Below, one piece after another: positions 1 through 13,240 of a stretch of DNA of 64,000 nt. The stretch's first letter is position 1. Each line of letters starts with the position of its first letter. The translations under genes were made by a program, and so were the position numbers. Below the pieces are notes generated by a model that was not told the origin of the DNA, made no database searches, and worked only from the letters and a program-made list of their open reading frames with translations. The stretch is from Sphagnum compactum (taxonomy: Eukaryota). The stretch spans positions 31,734,213 to 31,798,212 of the forward strand of contig OZ234493.1 of the NCBI GenBank assembly GCA_965153455.1, written 5' to 3'.

Positions 1-465
1 AAAGTGTCTAGCTTTCTCGAGAAGCAAAATCCGAGATGCGAAAGAGTGCGAACACTTGCACTCGGGATTTGAGATGCGAATTTGAGATTGAAGAATTTTG
101 CGGGAAGAGGAGGATCGATCTTTCTTTGTTTCTTTTTTCTGAGGAGATCAGTGAGATATCGAAGGTGCTGTTACCAGAATCAAAGGATGATGCCTTCTTG
201 AACGTCATTGGCGCTCTTTGCAATGCGATCTTTGCAATCCTTCGTTGTTCTCCAGAATATTGTTACCATTTCCGTGCCGCTGCATCGTTGCCTCCTCCTC
301 CTCCTCCTCCTGCCTTTGGTTTGTTTTTCCATGACGACGACGACGATCCGATGCGCGGATCTGGAAAGCCGGATCCGGACAGAAAGTCAGGAGTCTTGAC
401 CAGAGGCGCGCCTGCAATGTTGCGCTCTTGGAATTGGAGCTGAATTCGCGGTGAGAAGCTTGGAG

Positions 466-2786
466 ATGGCATGGAGAGGCCCTGCGAATAACAACCTCGG
501 AGACGATCTCTGGAGCCTGTCTTCGTTGCTGTTTGCATCTGTAGACCTGCTCTTGGTTTCCTTAGTGTTCCTGAGCGCTGTATTCACTTTCTTCACCTCA
601 AGCTTCATACGAATATCTGGCCTGCACATTCCTTGCTCATGCTTTGCTGCTCGTCACCGTCTTAAGCACAGACGACATCGGGAGATGATGACAGCAGTAG
701 CAGCCCGGCGAAGCAAGTCATCGGTCAACAATAGTAGCGGCAACCAAAGCGGCGGAAGTCGGCAGCAATCCTCTGCGGGAAGAAAAATGGAAGAAGTCTC
801 CTCCAATGCAAGTTCTGGACTTGACAACAACAGAGAGCTTGAAGAGAATGATGAGAATGAACGCCTATTGAAAGCTCTTCGAGATGAGCGTGAGGCGCAA
901 GCTGCGTTGTATCACGAGTTGGAGAAGGAGAGAAACGCTGCAGCAACGGCTGCAAACGAAGCGATGGCAATGATAACGCGTCTTCAAGAAGAGAAGGCAC
1001 TTGTGCAGATGGAAGCGCGGCAATTCCAGCGGATGGTGGAGGAGAAGACGGCTTACGATCAAGAAGCGATGGAGATTCTCAAGGAAGTCCTTGCAAGAAG
1101 GGAGGAGGAGAAAAATCAGCTTGAAGACGAGATGAGGAAGTGCAAAACAAAGCTACTTGGGAGGGACCAAGCTACAGTTCCAGAAAGAAGAAGAAATGAG
1201 ACAATGCAGCCAGGGTGCAGCAGCAGAGATACTGAAGACAGTGAACTTTTCCCAATCACAACTGCTGGTGTAACAACCAAGAGGTCGACTGCAAGAGCAG
1301 CAGCAGCAGCTAGGGAGACCGAGAAACCACAAGAGGCAGACTCGGTTATCAGCCTCAAGAAGAAATGGGACTCTCAGGGTACTACCGAAGAAGAAGTATT
1401 CCCTGATCAGAACAAAGGTAAGGAACCCCCTCTTCCTCCAGCAAGTTTTTCAGAACGAGAAATAGAAGAGAAGAGGCTGTCAGTGTTAGAGTATGTGTGG
1501 AAATTCGAGGAGCAATTGCATCATCATCAGCAGGGAGGTAGACAACCTCCTTCAGCTCCAACTGGTAGTAGACCTAAAAGTGCTGGTGATGAGCAAAGAT
1601 CTGAAGATGAAAGGAGAAGAACCATGTGCCACCACTCAGAATCATCACCACAGAAAGCTGCAACAGTTGTCTCTGGCAAACTAGAGAAAGAGGAAAATCC
1701 GGGCGAAGATGGTGAAACATGCAGGTCGATGGGTTTAGGGTTCCTAGCAGAAGCTGTTCATGGGGAGGAAGATGATCTGTTCGTGCAGGATATTTATGAA
1801 GTGCATAATGCATCTCATCATGAGCCTCCTAGTGTTGTCATGCAAGACACAGAGGAGGACTGTTGGGGTTGGGACTCCAGGATAAGACATCAATCAGACT
1901 TGGATCGACCAGGGAAGCTCGACCTTTTGATCTTGCATGAGGAGGAAACACGAGATAGTACCAGAGAAGATACCCACTGTCATCACCGGAGTCAAAATGT
2001 TGCATCCTTGCATGAGTTGGAGAGCTCTCGTGTTCACAGATCACATTGGGAAGAAATTCTGTGTAATAATGAAACTCGGGAGTCTGAACCTATGATCAGA
2101 AGGGATAGTGCCAGGGCACCCTCTGTGGACAAGGAGGTTATGCATCTGACCCTTCGGCTTAAGACACTGGAGGCTGATAGGCACCTTATGAAACAGACCA
2201 TTGAATCTCTCAGACGGGAAAATGGAGAGATGAAACTTCTTCACGAGATTGCTCAGCAGTTGCGAGAGTTACGAGACATGGAACAAAAGGATTCACAAAA
2301 GCAATCGAATCCATTTCCTCTCACCTCATCATGTCAGGTTAGCCAGATTCACTCTGCACTGCTTCAATTGTCCCTGTTGGCATTGATTTGCAGTCAATGT
2401 AGTGATTAAGTAAGACCTTGAATGATTTGCAGGCAAATCATCCTAAGAAGCAAAATTAAGTCTCCTTCTACTGCAAGTGCTAAGCCACAATAAGAAATTT
2501 CTATATGTAAAGCTATAAATGCACGATTGTACATCATCATGTGCAAAAGGATTTTGCCTTAACAAGTAACTTCTCTACAACTATGTAGCCATGCTTGAAC
2601 CATGGAATGATGGTGGTGCAGAGGATTATGCAATCACTGCTCAAGTATGCTATGGTCCATGATGTGGAAGCCTTTCAACCTGTAGCCTGTTTTGCTTTGG
2701 TGGATTGTCCTGAAGGCCTTGCTCATTTTTCAAGCTCATGGCTTCCTTCTCCTTCATTTGCTTTTGCCGGATTCTTGGTTTCTTGA
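466..2786 (+). CDS. GTD-binding (DUF593/zein-binding) coiled-coil protein, myosin-binding protein (MyoB)-like
   Basis: ATG at 466 in long ORF 451-2409. It has an N-terminal hydrophobic segment, the DUF593 signature 'ALYHELEKERNAAATAANEAMAMITRLQEEKALVQMEARQFQRMVEEK..YDQE', and a C-terminal coiled coil 'RLKTLEADRHLMKQTIESLRR'. Exon 1 is 466-2337 (CAG|GTTAGC). The 3' end is uncertain: acceptor at 2621 (exon 2622-2786), acceptor at 2432 (stop 2459), or unspliced stop at 2409. Confidence 0.85.
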
Positions 2787-5729
2787 GGCTGTTTTGAAGC
2801 AGATCGGGCAACTCAGTTGGTGAGGCAATGACCTGTGGCCCTTGGGATGTGGCCCTTGGGATGAAACTAAACCCATAATGGTAACTACCAAGTAGCATGC
2901 AATGCTCCTGGTCATTGATATTTAGAGCTTAATAATAGCACGAGTACTCAGACGAACAATCAGATAACTGGCAATAACATCTGGGCAACATAACAGACCT
3001 GTGGTCTCTGAGAACTACCAGAATGCAAAGGAAATCCATGGCCTTGCTACTGTTTTGTTCAGACAAATGTGCTGTATCAGTTCCTGTTCGCAATTGATGC
3101 TTTTTTGGGGTGTTTTTTTAACATGAAAGGAGCATGCTATTAGTTAACAATCCTTGCAGTCTTTGCGTTTCATGGGGTTCATCCTTTTCTCTTTGTGACA
3201 GAGGAGGTTGTGAGGTCATGACAGGTGCTGTGATGCAAAGGTCATCAACTAAAGCATTCATTGTGTGTGTGGGGTGTGTGGGGGGTATTTAGGGGATGAT
3301 GTCATTCACCCACTTGTTCAACTCGGCACAAATCCAATTGAGCAAGTAAGTACATGTCTTGTCATCCTTCGTGAACTGAGAGGATCCTTATCATGTTTGC
3401 ATGTGTCTCTTCATCTTGAAACTATGAAAGGTAGTTGACACTAGATGGTTTAGTGAACTCTTCTGTCTTGGGCCTAGCAGCTGTTGTCACCACTCAGACA
3501 CACTCCCATCCTGACCAGAGGGGTTGTCAGTGTGCTCTGCTCTGCAGGTTAGAGGATGCTCTCTTTGCTACTGCTAGGGAAGACCATTAGAGTTAAGCAC
3601 TAAGAACTGCACACTAATTAAGGTTCATTTGTGCATCTGCGCTGCACAGGCTGGCCCATGTGTGTCTAGGTAATGTTGTTACACGTGACCACAAAGCTCA
3701 TGTAGGACTTGGACGCCTACTTCATTTTTCTCCAAAACCATCAACCTGCATTACACAGGTGCGGAGGGCCAACATTCCTGCTACACTGTCTGCAATCAAA
3801 GGGGAGGCTTTGGAACCTCAGCAAACATTGCATTAGGCAAATGACTGTTGCAGACAGGTTAGGGACAGAGCTTTGGGCAGTAGGAATAAGTGCAGCCTGT
3901 TATGGAGTGCATTCTTCATCATACATGCAAGAGTTGCAAGCTATGACATCTGTAGAACCAAAAGGTGGGAGGATGAGAGCCATTGATTGTAGAGTTTCAA
4001 TTAAAACTGTCTGCATCGAGAACTAAAAATGTGTGTTGTCTCCTAGTGAAAACATCTTGTTTCATTAGTACAATGAATACCAGACATGAAATAGAGAGCA
4101 GAAGACCATTACTTCACATCAGCTTACAGCAGAAGGGTATTTGTTGGATGTAGTTATTTGTTGTGGTTGAGAACTAAATGTGTGTTGTCTTCCCCCATTC
4201 CCTGAAAGTGAAAAATCAGTGAAAGCAGTTTTTATTGCAATAATGTTTTCTATATGGATTTGTTTCTTCACATCAGCTTACAAGGGAATGAATGTTCTTC
4301 CACCTCCTTTTGTGGTGTCATGCATCTGGCGAGAAAATGGCAGATATTGCTTTTGCATGGCAAATGTTCTTTCTTCCAACACGGGCAAACTGACTAGCCA
4401 GTCAAAACTACACATCAGGCGCAGTTTTTTTTTTTTTAATTTTTTTGTTTCCCTGACAAATTTTGTTGTCGTTTTTTTCTTGGACAAAAAAATTGGGATT
4501 AATTTTATTTTTTCCCTCGTCTAAATTCTACTAATTTTGTTAACTTCTTGGAAAAGTTTTAATTTGCCAAATTGTGACTATCAAAAATTTGGGAAAAGAA
4601 AACCCTGATTAATTTTATTAGTTTTATTAGTTTATTAGTTTTTGAGGTGATTCAATATTAATTAGTTCATGAGTGCACTCACAACTTTTTCTTTTATTTA
4701 TTTATTGATTCGCCCATCATCGATTTTTTTGGACCATTGGGCATGGCCCCAATAGAAACACCTCTTTGGACTCCCAGTTGCAAAATAGGAACAAAAGTGC
4801 TATTCTAACGTATAGATTTTCAGTTTATATACATGGGATCAAACTTTGGGCAAACCATATGGGATAAAACTGGGAACAACTTGAGGAACAGTTTGAGAAC
4901 TTGGGAACCCTTAGGGAACTTGATAGGAACAGATTGAGAACAATGAAAAAACCTCTCTTCCCTCACCCCCTCAAAAAGAAAAAAACTGGACTGTTCATGA
5001 GTGCATGCTAAGCCTTCCTTCCCATTGGCTGCATGTTCAACCATTTCATTGGCTACATGCAAATTTTGGAGGGGTGCATGGGCTTGGTTCCATGATGTTT
5101 GGACTTGTGATGCAAAAGTTCTTGAATATTGAATGATTTCTTCAGTGAAAATTAAATAAAATCGTAACTGAAAATTTCAGAGGAATTGGAATGTGCCTTT
5201 GGTGTTGCTGGAAAGATCTCGATGAGCAGGATTTAATGGAATTTATTTGGGAGATATTGAAAGATTCAAATAAATTTCGAAAAACTATGTTTTGAAAAAA
5301 TATAATTCAGTTGAGAATGTGGTAACATTTGAAGGCTTACCATTCAATTCAAGCATGATTTCCTTTCATATTTGGCTGTTCAAAAAATGGATACATACAT
5401 TGCAAAACAATGTTCACATGTGGAGTTTCCCTATTTTGTAATGGGTTTCACACTTGGGCCAAGGCACAGGCCACACTAGTAATACATGAAAGGAGGACAA
5501 CATTTGCAAAGCATAAAAGTGTAAACTTCTTCTTCCAATGTTTTTTCTCAACAGAGAATTCTACAAGCACTAAATCAAGCACTATATCTGATTAGGGGTT
5601 CTTAGTACATCTGATTAGGGCTTCTACAAACACTGTACTAAGAAGCCCTAATCAGATATAGATTTGAGCAAACCTTTTTCCCCTCTTGATAGAACTTTTC
5701 ATATAATCCTCATCTACATACACCTCAGT

Positions 5730-6257
5730 TAACAAGGTTTGTTATACACAATGGCCCTGTCATCAATTTAATATCAACAATTGATATTTATGATAAATTG
5801 GTCATAGCTAGGGTAAATTTTTATTAAAAAATCTATTTTAATGTACATCATGATGTTGTTGTAAAAAATAAATATATTCATGATTTTACTTTTCTTTTTC
5901 TTTTTTTTCCATTACATTAATCATGTGGAACGCAAAAAGGATCTCACATTAAATGATGACATGTTCTAGGAACCTATCTAAACATTTGAAATTTTGTTAC
6001 CAAACCAAAACCAGTAGGGAAATGTCACAACATGATTTAAATTTTTTTTTGCAAATCTAGTGACCTCTTTGTCAAAAAAACAAAAAAAAAATGATTAAAT
6101 ATTCTCTTTTCATACTTATTTTTCACATTTATGCAAAATTTCAAATAAAAAAAGAAGAAGACTTGTCATGACATGTGTATTTGAATGTTTTTCAATCACA
6201 TTCTCACAATTTGAAAGAATTACATGAATTTTTGCATATGATGGGTGTCATAATCAT
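5730..6257. repeat. Dispersed AT-rich repeat (~520 bp), copy 1; direct copy at 26255-26751
   Basis: Both loci share 'aacaagg..tgttatacacaatggcc...gatatttatgataaattggtcatagctaggg...cacattaaatgatgacatgttcta...ccaaaccaaaacca...cataatcat'. Confidence 0.85.
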
Positions 6258-6489
6258 ATATATAGCCCTGTCCCAGATGGATGGGTTTTACCAAAGGGTT
6301 TAAGAACTCTTGGGATTTCAGGGTTTAAGAAGATCTCTTCAAGAACAAACTCTTCAGCCTGAACTCTTCAATCAGGCTGCAGGATTTAGTCTCTCAGGCT
6401 ATGAAATTGAAGCATTCTCAATCTGAAAATGGCCACTGTGTAACCACTCAAGCCCAGATTGGTTGTCCATGGCTGCTCACGCTCTTGGC

Positions 6490-7110
6490 CTCAGGTGCAG
6501 AGAATTTGCTTGTTGAAAGACCTATGGAAAATAACGGAATTCGATGACCAAATATCAATTGTAGTAGGACTAGTAGGAGGCAAGCTCACAGTGCTACTAT
6601 TGTCGCCATCTCCACTATCCGGAGCTTCATTCCAATTTTCCTTCAGAAAAGCTGAAAAAGCTTGCTAGCTGCTGCTGCTGCTACTGCTGCTATTGCATAA
6701 ATCTGTTGTCTAGCTGCTGCATTCGTGGTTAAGGTCGAGCATGGGGTCAGGTGCAAGTTCCAGGTGCAGGAACTGCGACTGATCATGGTCTTCGTTGAAT
6801 AGAATTGGAGTGGAATTCACCACGGCAGCTGTTTGTTGTTGTTGTTGTAGACAAGAAGCCCGTGTGACTAGCAACTGGTACAAGGCGTCGATCCGTTTCT
6901 GCACGTACTGAAGCTCGTGGATCCCGGAGCTGACGGCGACAGACTGTTGCCACCAAAAGGGTTGGCAGAGGAGCCGCCGGTTCAACTCCTTCTCAGCCGC
7001 CAGCAGCTGCAACACTTGTTTCTGCTGCTGCTCTAGAGCCTGCACCTGCTGCACCTTCTGCTCCGCAATCACGTCACAATTCTTCCTCTGCCTTCTGCTG
7101 CTAAATGACC
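6490..7110 (-). pseudogene. GC-rich gene-like island, probable pseudogene or orphan gene fragment (basic + coiled-coil, Q/S-rich)
   Basis: ORF 6710-7123 reads 'SRRQRKN...QALEQQQKQVLQLLAAEKELNRRL'. The same frame continues past two TAG stops as 'TTDLCNSSSSSSSS*QAFSAFLKENWNEAPDSGDGD...'. It is embedded between AT-rich repeats with no clear start exon. Confidence 0.4.
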
Positions 7111-8689
7111 CGAAAATCATCAATTTTGAGTTTTTTTTGCTGTTCTATAATAATAATTATAATCTCATAGTTGTAAAAAATTTGTCACCAAAAAAACATT
7201 ATATTGTCCATTTTTTTTAAAATAGAAATTTTAAGTTATGAAAAATTGGTGAAAATTTCCCATAAACAAGACAAATTAGTCAAATTAGTCAAAATTTCCA
7301 TTTACAATAAAAATAAAATAAAATTTGCCAATTATTTTGTCAAGAAAATGAAAAAATGTGTTGGAAAAAAATCCCTCAAAGTCATGCCCTATATTCAAGA
7401 TGTTTTTCGTTTTTCTTTTTTCAATTTTGTGACATAGCCAAACTAACTATCATCCACAAGAACATTTAACCAAATTTGGTCATTAAGAATAGTGTTTTGG
7501 CTATTTCCTAGAACCTGATATAGAAATTTGGTGATTTTTTTCAAAAATTAAATCCAAAATTTGGCGATCTAAGGCCCTTGTTTTGACAAAAAACCTTTTG
7601 TATGTGTTGAAATCATATTTTTCAAGCCAAAAAAATGTGAAACAATCACATTTAATCCGTACCCCCAACCTTATTGCAATGATTTGTTTTTCAATTTCAT
7701 GATGTTGTTCAAGTGTTGATCATCCATAAATATATCTAGGCAACTAATTTGGCAATATTCAAAATATGAAAGTAAAAAATCTTAGACATGTTTTCATATT
7801 ATATGCAATTGTGGTTATTTTTGGCAAAATTTTCAAAAGAATAGTGAATTTGCAACACAATATTCTTATTTTGAAAATATTTTTCAATAAATGGTCAAAA
7901 TTCATCACCAAAAATTCATTGCTTTGGGGATTTATCTTACAATATATAAACAATTATGGTTTTCAATGAAAACAACATCAATATCAACAGTTTTAGTTGT
8001 AATGTGAGCAAAACACATTGTTCATGCATAGTTGTGTTCAAAAATCAAATTCACAAGTAAGCTGAACAATAAAGGTTTTTTGAACAAATAAGCTTATTTA
8101 AAACAAACTCTTGCTTGATTTCTTTGGTTCTTTACAACTTAATTTATTAATGATCCCTTATTGAATTCCCAAAAAGAACTAATGTGGTGTTTGTTGTTAA
8201 GCACATTTGTAAAATAGTTTTACAATATACATAAAATAGTTCACTAAAATTTTAAATTTTGATTTTATTAATTGTCAATGACATAAATTACTCAAAATTC
8301 ATGGACTCCCATATCATAGGTCTAAAAGTACTAAACTACATGGGTGCACCCACACTCGTTGAAAGCTTTTCAACAATACTAAAAACACACCCACAATTTC
8401 CCTCAAATTTTAACTTTTGATTTTTATTAATAATATAATAATGATCAAAATATTCAAATTCCAATAATTCTTGAATTGTAGATCTAAACATTTTATATGC
8501 AATCACTTTAGTGCAGCCCTACTTATTGAAATCTTGCCAACAATACTCAGGAACCTTGTGGTTTGGGTGATGTGAGATCTCAACATGACAAAACAAAATT
8601 AAAAAACATGTAGATGTGTTTTCAAAGTTGGTGGATGTTTAAATAATTTTTGGGATTCTCTCTTAGTGTTTCACCTAGAGACTTTCCTA

Positions 8690-9330
8690 TCTATTTCGTT
8701 TGTTCCTTCCCTTACGAGTCTTTCACGATCAACTCGCTTCTTTTGACACAATTTTCATGCAAGTTTTTGAACGTATCTTGGGCCTAGGTTCTTTAGATTG
8801 CCCACAAGTCCCCTTAATGCACCATCAAGTTTCTTTCCCCATTTCTTGTGGGGGGATTGACCTCATTTTCATAACACTCATGCACCACTAACCTATTTAA
8901 GGAACTAAGGTTTTGTTGCACCCATCATCACTATTAAATTCTAATACCTAGTCGTCCATTCTTATTAGAGGCAATAGGCACCAATAGTTTTAGTCTACTC
9001 CCCTTCCAAGCCCATTTGAGGTTGGCATAGGAGGTTTTTCACCCAAATGTGGTGATCTATGTTCCCCTTTTCAAGTGCAGTTTGTAAAGAGGGGAGTAGC
9101 TTGATTTGAAAAGAGTATTTCAAATAAATTGCATCACCATTTCTTCTTTAACATCATCTATGACATGGTTTTCGATTCACATCACATGCACTTGAGGTCT
9201 TGCACAAGCCTACGGGTAGGTTTTTGGCTTTTTGTTCACCCAAATTCGACCATCTTTTCATTTGGCGTCAAATGTTTTCACCTCTGCATTGCGCATCAAG
9301 TTGGGCCTCCCCCATCCTTTAACGCTTGGG
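8690..9330 (+). mobile_element. Decayed non-LTR retrotransposon remnant (RLE/CRE-like, region C-terminal to RT)
   Basis: Broken frames give 'HQVSFPISCGGIDLI' (QxxLPxxxGGLGL-like), 'HLRSCTSLRVGFWL' and 'FTSALRIKLGLPHP', motifs typical of RLE-clade elements. Confidence 0.55.
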
Positions 9331-9822
9331 TTGACATAGTTCCTGCATTGCCCACAATAAATGCACCCATTACAATTAACTCCATCTTCATTACTTTACG
9401 AAAATTGCTATTTATATGGACTCATTGCCTTCTCTTCATTTATTATCACCCACAACATTAGCTTATAGCATGTCCATAAACAATACAGGTTACCATATGA
9501 TAACCCTTGAGTGTTCATCATTGGGTGCACCCATAGATGCAAGTTTTGGCGATTATTTAGTGACATTTAAGTGATTTGGTTGACTTTGTAAGGACTGACA
9601 TTCCAGTGATTGTGTTGCCAGTTGTTGACAATATGTTGAAGTGATCTATTTCATGGGCCTATCACTGAATTTTCATCTTGGAAGATTAACATTGCACAAT
9701 CATGGCTATTATATAATGGGGACAATTACGTGAGCAAAATTGAATGGCCTTGTTTAAATATTGGTCAAGTTGAATGAAATTTCAAAAGTTTCAATAATTC
9801 TAGTACTTTCCAATATTTTTGT

Positions 9823-10140
9823 TCAAATAGGATGGACAATTTTTTGATCCCAATCCTCTTGGCAGGGTCTTCTTTTGCTAGTTGGACGCCCCCCACCAAC
9901 AAGCCATTGTGCATTTAATTTAGTTTCCCTGAAAATGTTAACAACTGTCACCTTTGGTGGAGGCAAGCCCATCTCTCGAACCCCATCAAACGTTGCCAAG
10001 TCGCTACGAAGTTCATGATCTTTAGGCAACCATCTCCTATGTTGGCATGTGTACACATTCTTTTGTAGTGCCTTGGACTTGTGGGATATTGTGTGTGCAG
10101 AACAAACGGGGCACCCTTGATACCCTTTGGTTGCCAACCC
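9823..10140 (-). mobile_element. CACTA/En-Spm transposase (Tnp2/Transposase_21) exon remnant
   Basis: Translation 'GLATKGYQGCPVC...KNVYTCQHRRWLPKDHELRSDLATFDGVRE..LPP' matches the Tnp2 GY.aCP.C...HRR.LP..H..R...FDG..E motif. A splice acceptor (gtatgtag|) lies at ~10140 on the minus strand. Confidence 0.8.
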
Positions 10141-10234
10141 TACATACTAAATAGTAAAAAGAATAGTAAAATAGTAAGTATTAGACTATGGTAAATAGTA
10201 AAAAACCAACCAAGGGTCCAATAATTCTACCTTT

Positions 10235-10930
10235 AACAATGTGTCATTCAATCTCTATCACTAGGACCTAGTCCTATATCATTCATCTTCTATCACTAGG
10301 ACCTAGGTCTACATCACTACAGCCTATGTCATTAATGTGTAATATTCAACCTTTTTCACTAGGACCTAGGTCTATATCAATAGGTCCTCTTTCAATTATC
10401 CTCTTTCACTCGGACATAGGTATATATTACTACGACATGTGTCATTCAACCTCTATCACTAAGAACTAAATATATATCATTAGGTCTTCTTTCACTCATC
10501 CTCTATCACTGAGACATAACTTTATATCACTATATGTGTCATTCAACTTATGTCACTAAGGTGTAATACATCACTAGTGCCTATGCCACTAAGGCCTATG
10601 CCACATGGGTTTCCTACTACACTTAGGCTTACTGTAGTATGTCATTATGGCCTATGCCAATAATGCCCATCTCACTCCACTTACATCACTCAAGTTGACA
10701 TTGTCATTTGGGTTTGACCAATGTTATATGTCACTAGGGCGTATGCTAATAAAACCTCACATGTATCACTTCACATATGTCATTCATGTCTATGTCATTA
10801 AAGCTTGTGTCAATTAGGCACGTTTCACTAAGTTTATTTCAAGTTTATGTCATTTAAACCAATTTTATTTCACTCTAGGGCTTGAGGTTTGTGCATCATT
10901 TGGGCTTGTGTCATTAAAGTCTAATCACTT
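10235..10930. repeat. Degenerate short tandem repeat array next to the CACTA exon
   Basis: Recurring 'ctctatcactaggacctaggtctatatca' and 'tgtgtcatt(c)aa' motifs that decay towards 10930. Confidence 0.65.
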
Positions 10931-12009
10931 ACACCTAGTTTTAATGCCATAGATTCTACTTGTCATATATGTTAACGTTGTATTCTGAGATTTGCTAAAA
11001 ACATGTTCAAACATGCTCATGGACCTTTTAGATCAAATGGTACTTGTGATATTTCACACTTGCACATTTCACCTCTTTTTCCGCCTCATGTGTTGCTCCT
11101 TTGAACCATTATCAATCACAACATGTAGTGACATTTTATAATTTCCAAAAACAAGACATTAGATATTGAATCCTGGGATGTAATTCCAAGTCTTATGAAT
11201 TCAGAACTTTATAGTGTTATGTGTACACGTGAGTGTGCACAAATTGTAATAAACTAATAATTCCCATTGAACAATTTGGTTGCATCATCTAGAATTGTAA
11301 TTCCATGAAACGTGCTAATGGCATTCACCTCGAAGTTATGAGATTCTGTACCTTTCCATGAATGACACACATACTTGAACTTTCTTAACTGGCATTTGGA
11401 GTCCAGAGGTAATGAAGATTTGCATCCCACATTTGTATGGGGTAATCTTCCATACATGCACCTAGGATCACTTGTGTGTCACCTGCATCAAAATAATAAA
11501 ATTTACGTTCATTTCCATATGTTTAACAACACCTTGCAACACATATTACACGAAGTTGGTGCACGAAATGGTTCTATAGGAGTGACCTCCAAAGTCATTA
11601 ATAATGTCATATCTAGGATACAGTAATCATTAATCCCGCCATTCAATATTGAACATGTCCTTTATTACACCTTACCATCATAAATGACAATGCAAATCAA
11701 TCTATGGAATTAAAGTGTGAAAGTAATAATTTATCAAACATTAAACAAAAATATCAATAAGGGGGGAATGGAAATGCCAAATTAACCATTACACTCATTT
11801 AAACTCCAAATAATGGTTCATTATAGCTAGTGGTTTGGGCATGCATGGTGGTTGTGCAATGACATGTCTCTTGCCATAGGACCCCAATCACTAGGAACAT
11901 CCAAAACCACCACCAAACCACTATAGTGGATAGGTGCATTCCACTCAAAATTTGAGCAGTATGGTTAGTGATTCGAATCACTTCCACTAGTAGGGCGAGG
12001 ATGCACTAA

Positions 12010-13240
12010 AGTTAAAATCTTAATTTTTTGAAATTTCATACCTTGTAAATGGCCTTGGCAACATTTTCTTCTTATTTTTTTGTGTGCCACATATGTGCCA
12101 TTTCCTCTTGAGGTGCAACATTTTATATACAATCAAACAATAGGTTAAAAAAATAATAATTGCAACATCAATATTCAATATTTTTCTTTAAAAAACAAAG
12201 TAGTAACATTACATTAACAAGCATAACAATGGTTGCATTTCTTAGTTTGGTTGTTAATTAGGGCAAAGAAGAGGTGGTTTGATTAATGAACATTTGATTT
12301 AAGTTCATTTTTAGATGCTTATGAAATAACACATTGTAACACATACACTAAGTTGGTGCATGGAATAAGCACATATTAAAAATTCATCCCGATCTTTTAA
12401 AGCTGCATACCTTGTAAATGACCAAATGCCAACATTTGCTTTTGATTCTTTGATGTGCCACTTTTTTTTGAGGTGCAACATTATCTACAAATAGGTCAAA
12501 ACAACCTAATACCAACAATAATAGCATCAACACCCAATATTTTAACTTACAAAATAAAGTAATAACAACTAGTACATTAGCAAGTGGATTATCAACTACC
12601 TTTGTTGATATAGTTGTTTAGGGCAATGAAGAAGTGGTTAACTAATGACATTCAATTTAAGTTCATTTTCAAATGCTTCAACAACACATTGTGCGACATA
12701 TACAATATGTTTATGCATGGTATAAGAACATATTAAAATTCGTCCCAATTGTTTTAAGTTGCATACCTTGTAAATGACTAAATGCCAACATTTGCCTTTG
12801 ATTCCTTGATGTGCCACATACCTGCCACCTCCTCGTAAGATGAAACATTATGAATATAACCTACAAATAGGTGAAAACAATCTATTAATAACAATAACAA
12901 CATCAATATCCAATACGTTAGCTTACAAAATAAAGTAGTAACATTGCTTTAACAAATGTAGCAATGGCTACCTTTGTTGATTTGGTTGTTTAAGGCAAGG
13001 AAATGGTGGTTTGACCAATGAACACTTGATTTGAGTTCATTTTCAGGTGCTTAGCAACACATTGCAACACTTAAATTATGTTAATGCATGGTATAAAGAC
13101 ATATTGAAATTCATCACAATTTTTTAAAGTTGCATACCTTGAAATGACCAAATGCTAACATTTGCTTTTGATTCAATTGTCTGCCACAAATCTACCACTT
13201 CTTCTTCAGATGGAACATTATGAATAGAATCTACAAAACA
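12010..13240 (-). repeat. Tandem array of ~365-bp units (about 3.3 copies), each carrying an exon-like segment
   Basis: Anchor 'cataccttg(t)aaatg' recurs at ~12037, 12406, 12762 and 13133. Confidence 0.85.

Noticed and set aside
36-443. Upstream ORFs of the GTD gene
   Set aside because: They are driven by CCT/GAC microsatellites with no recognisable domain; likely 5'UTR or promoter.
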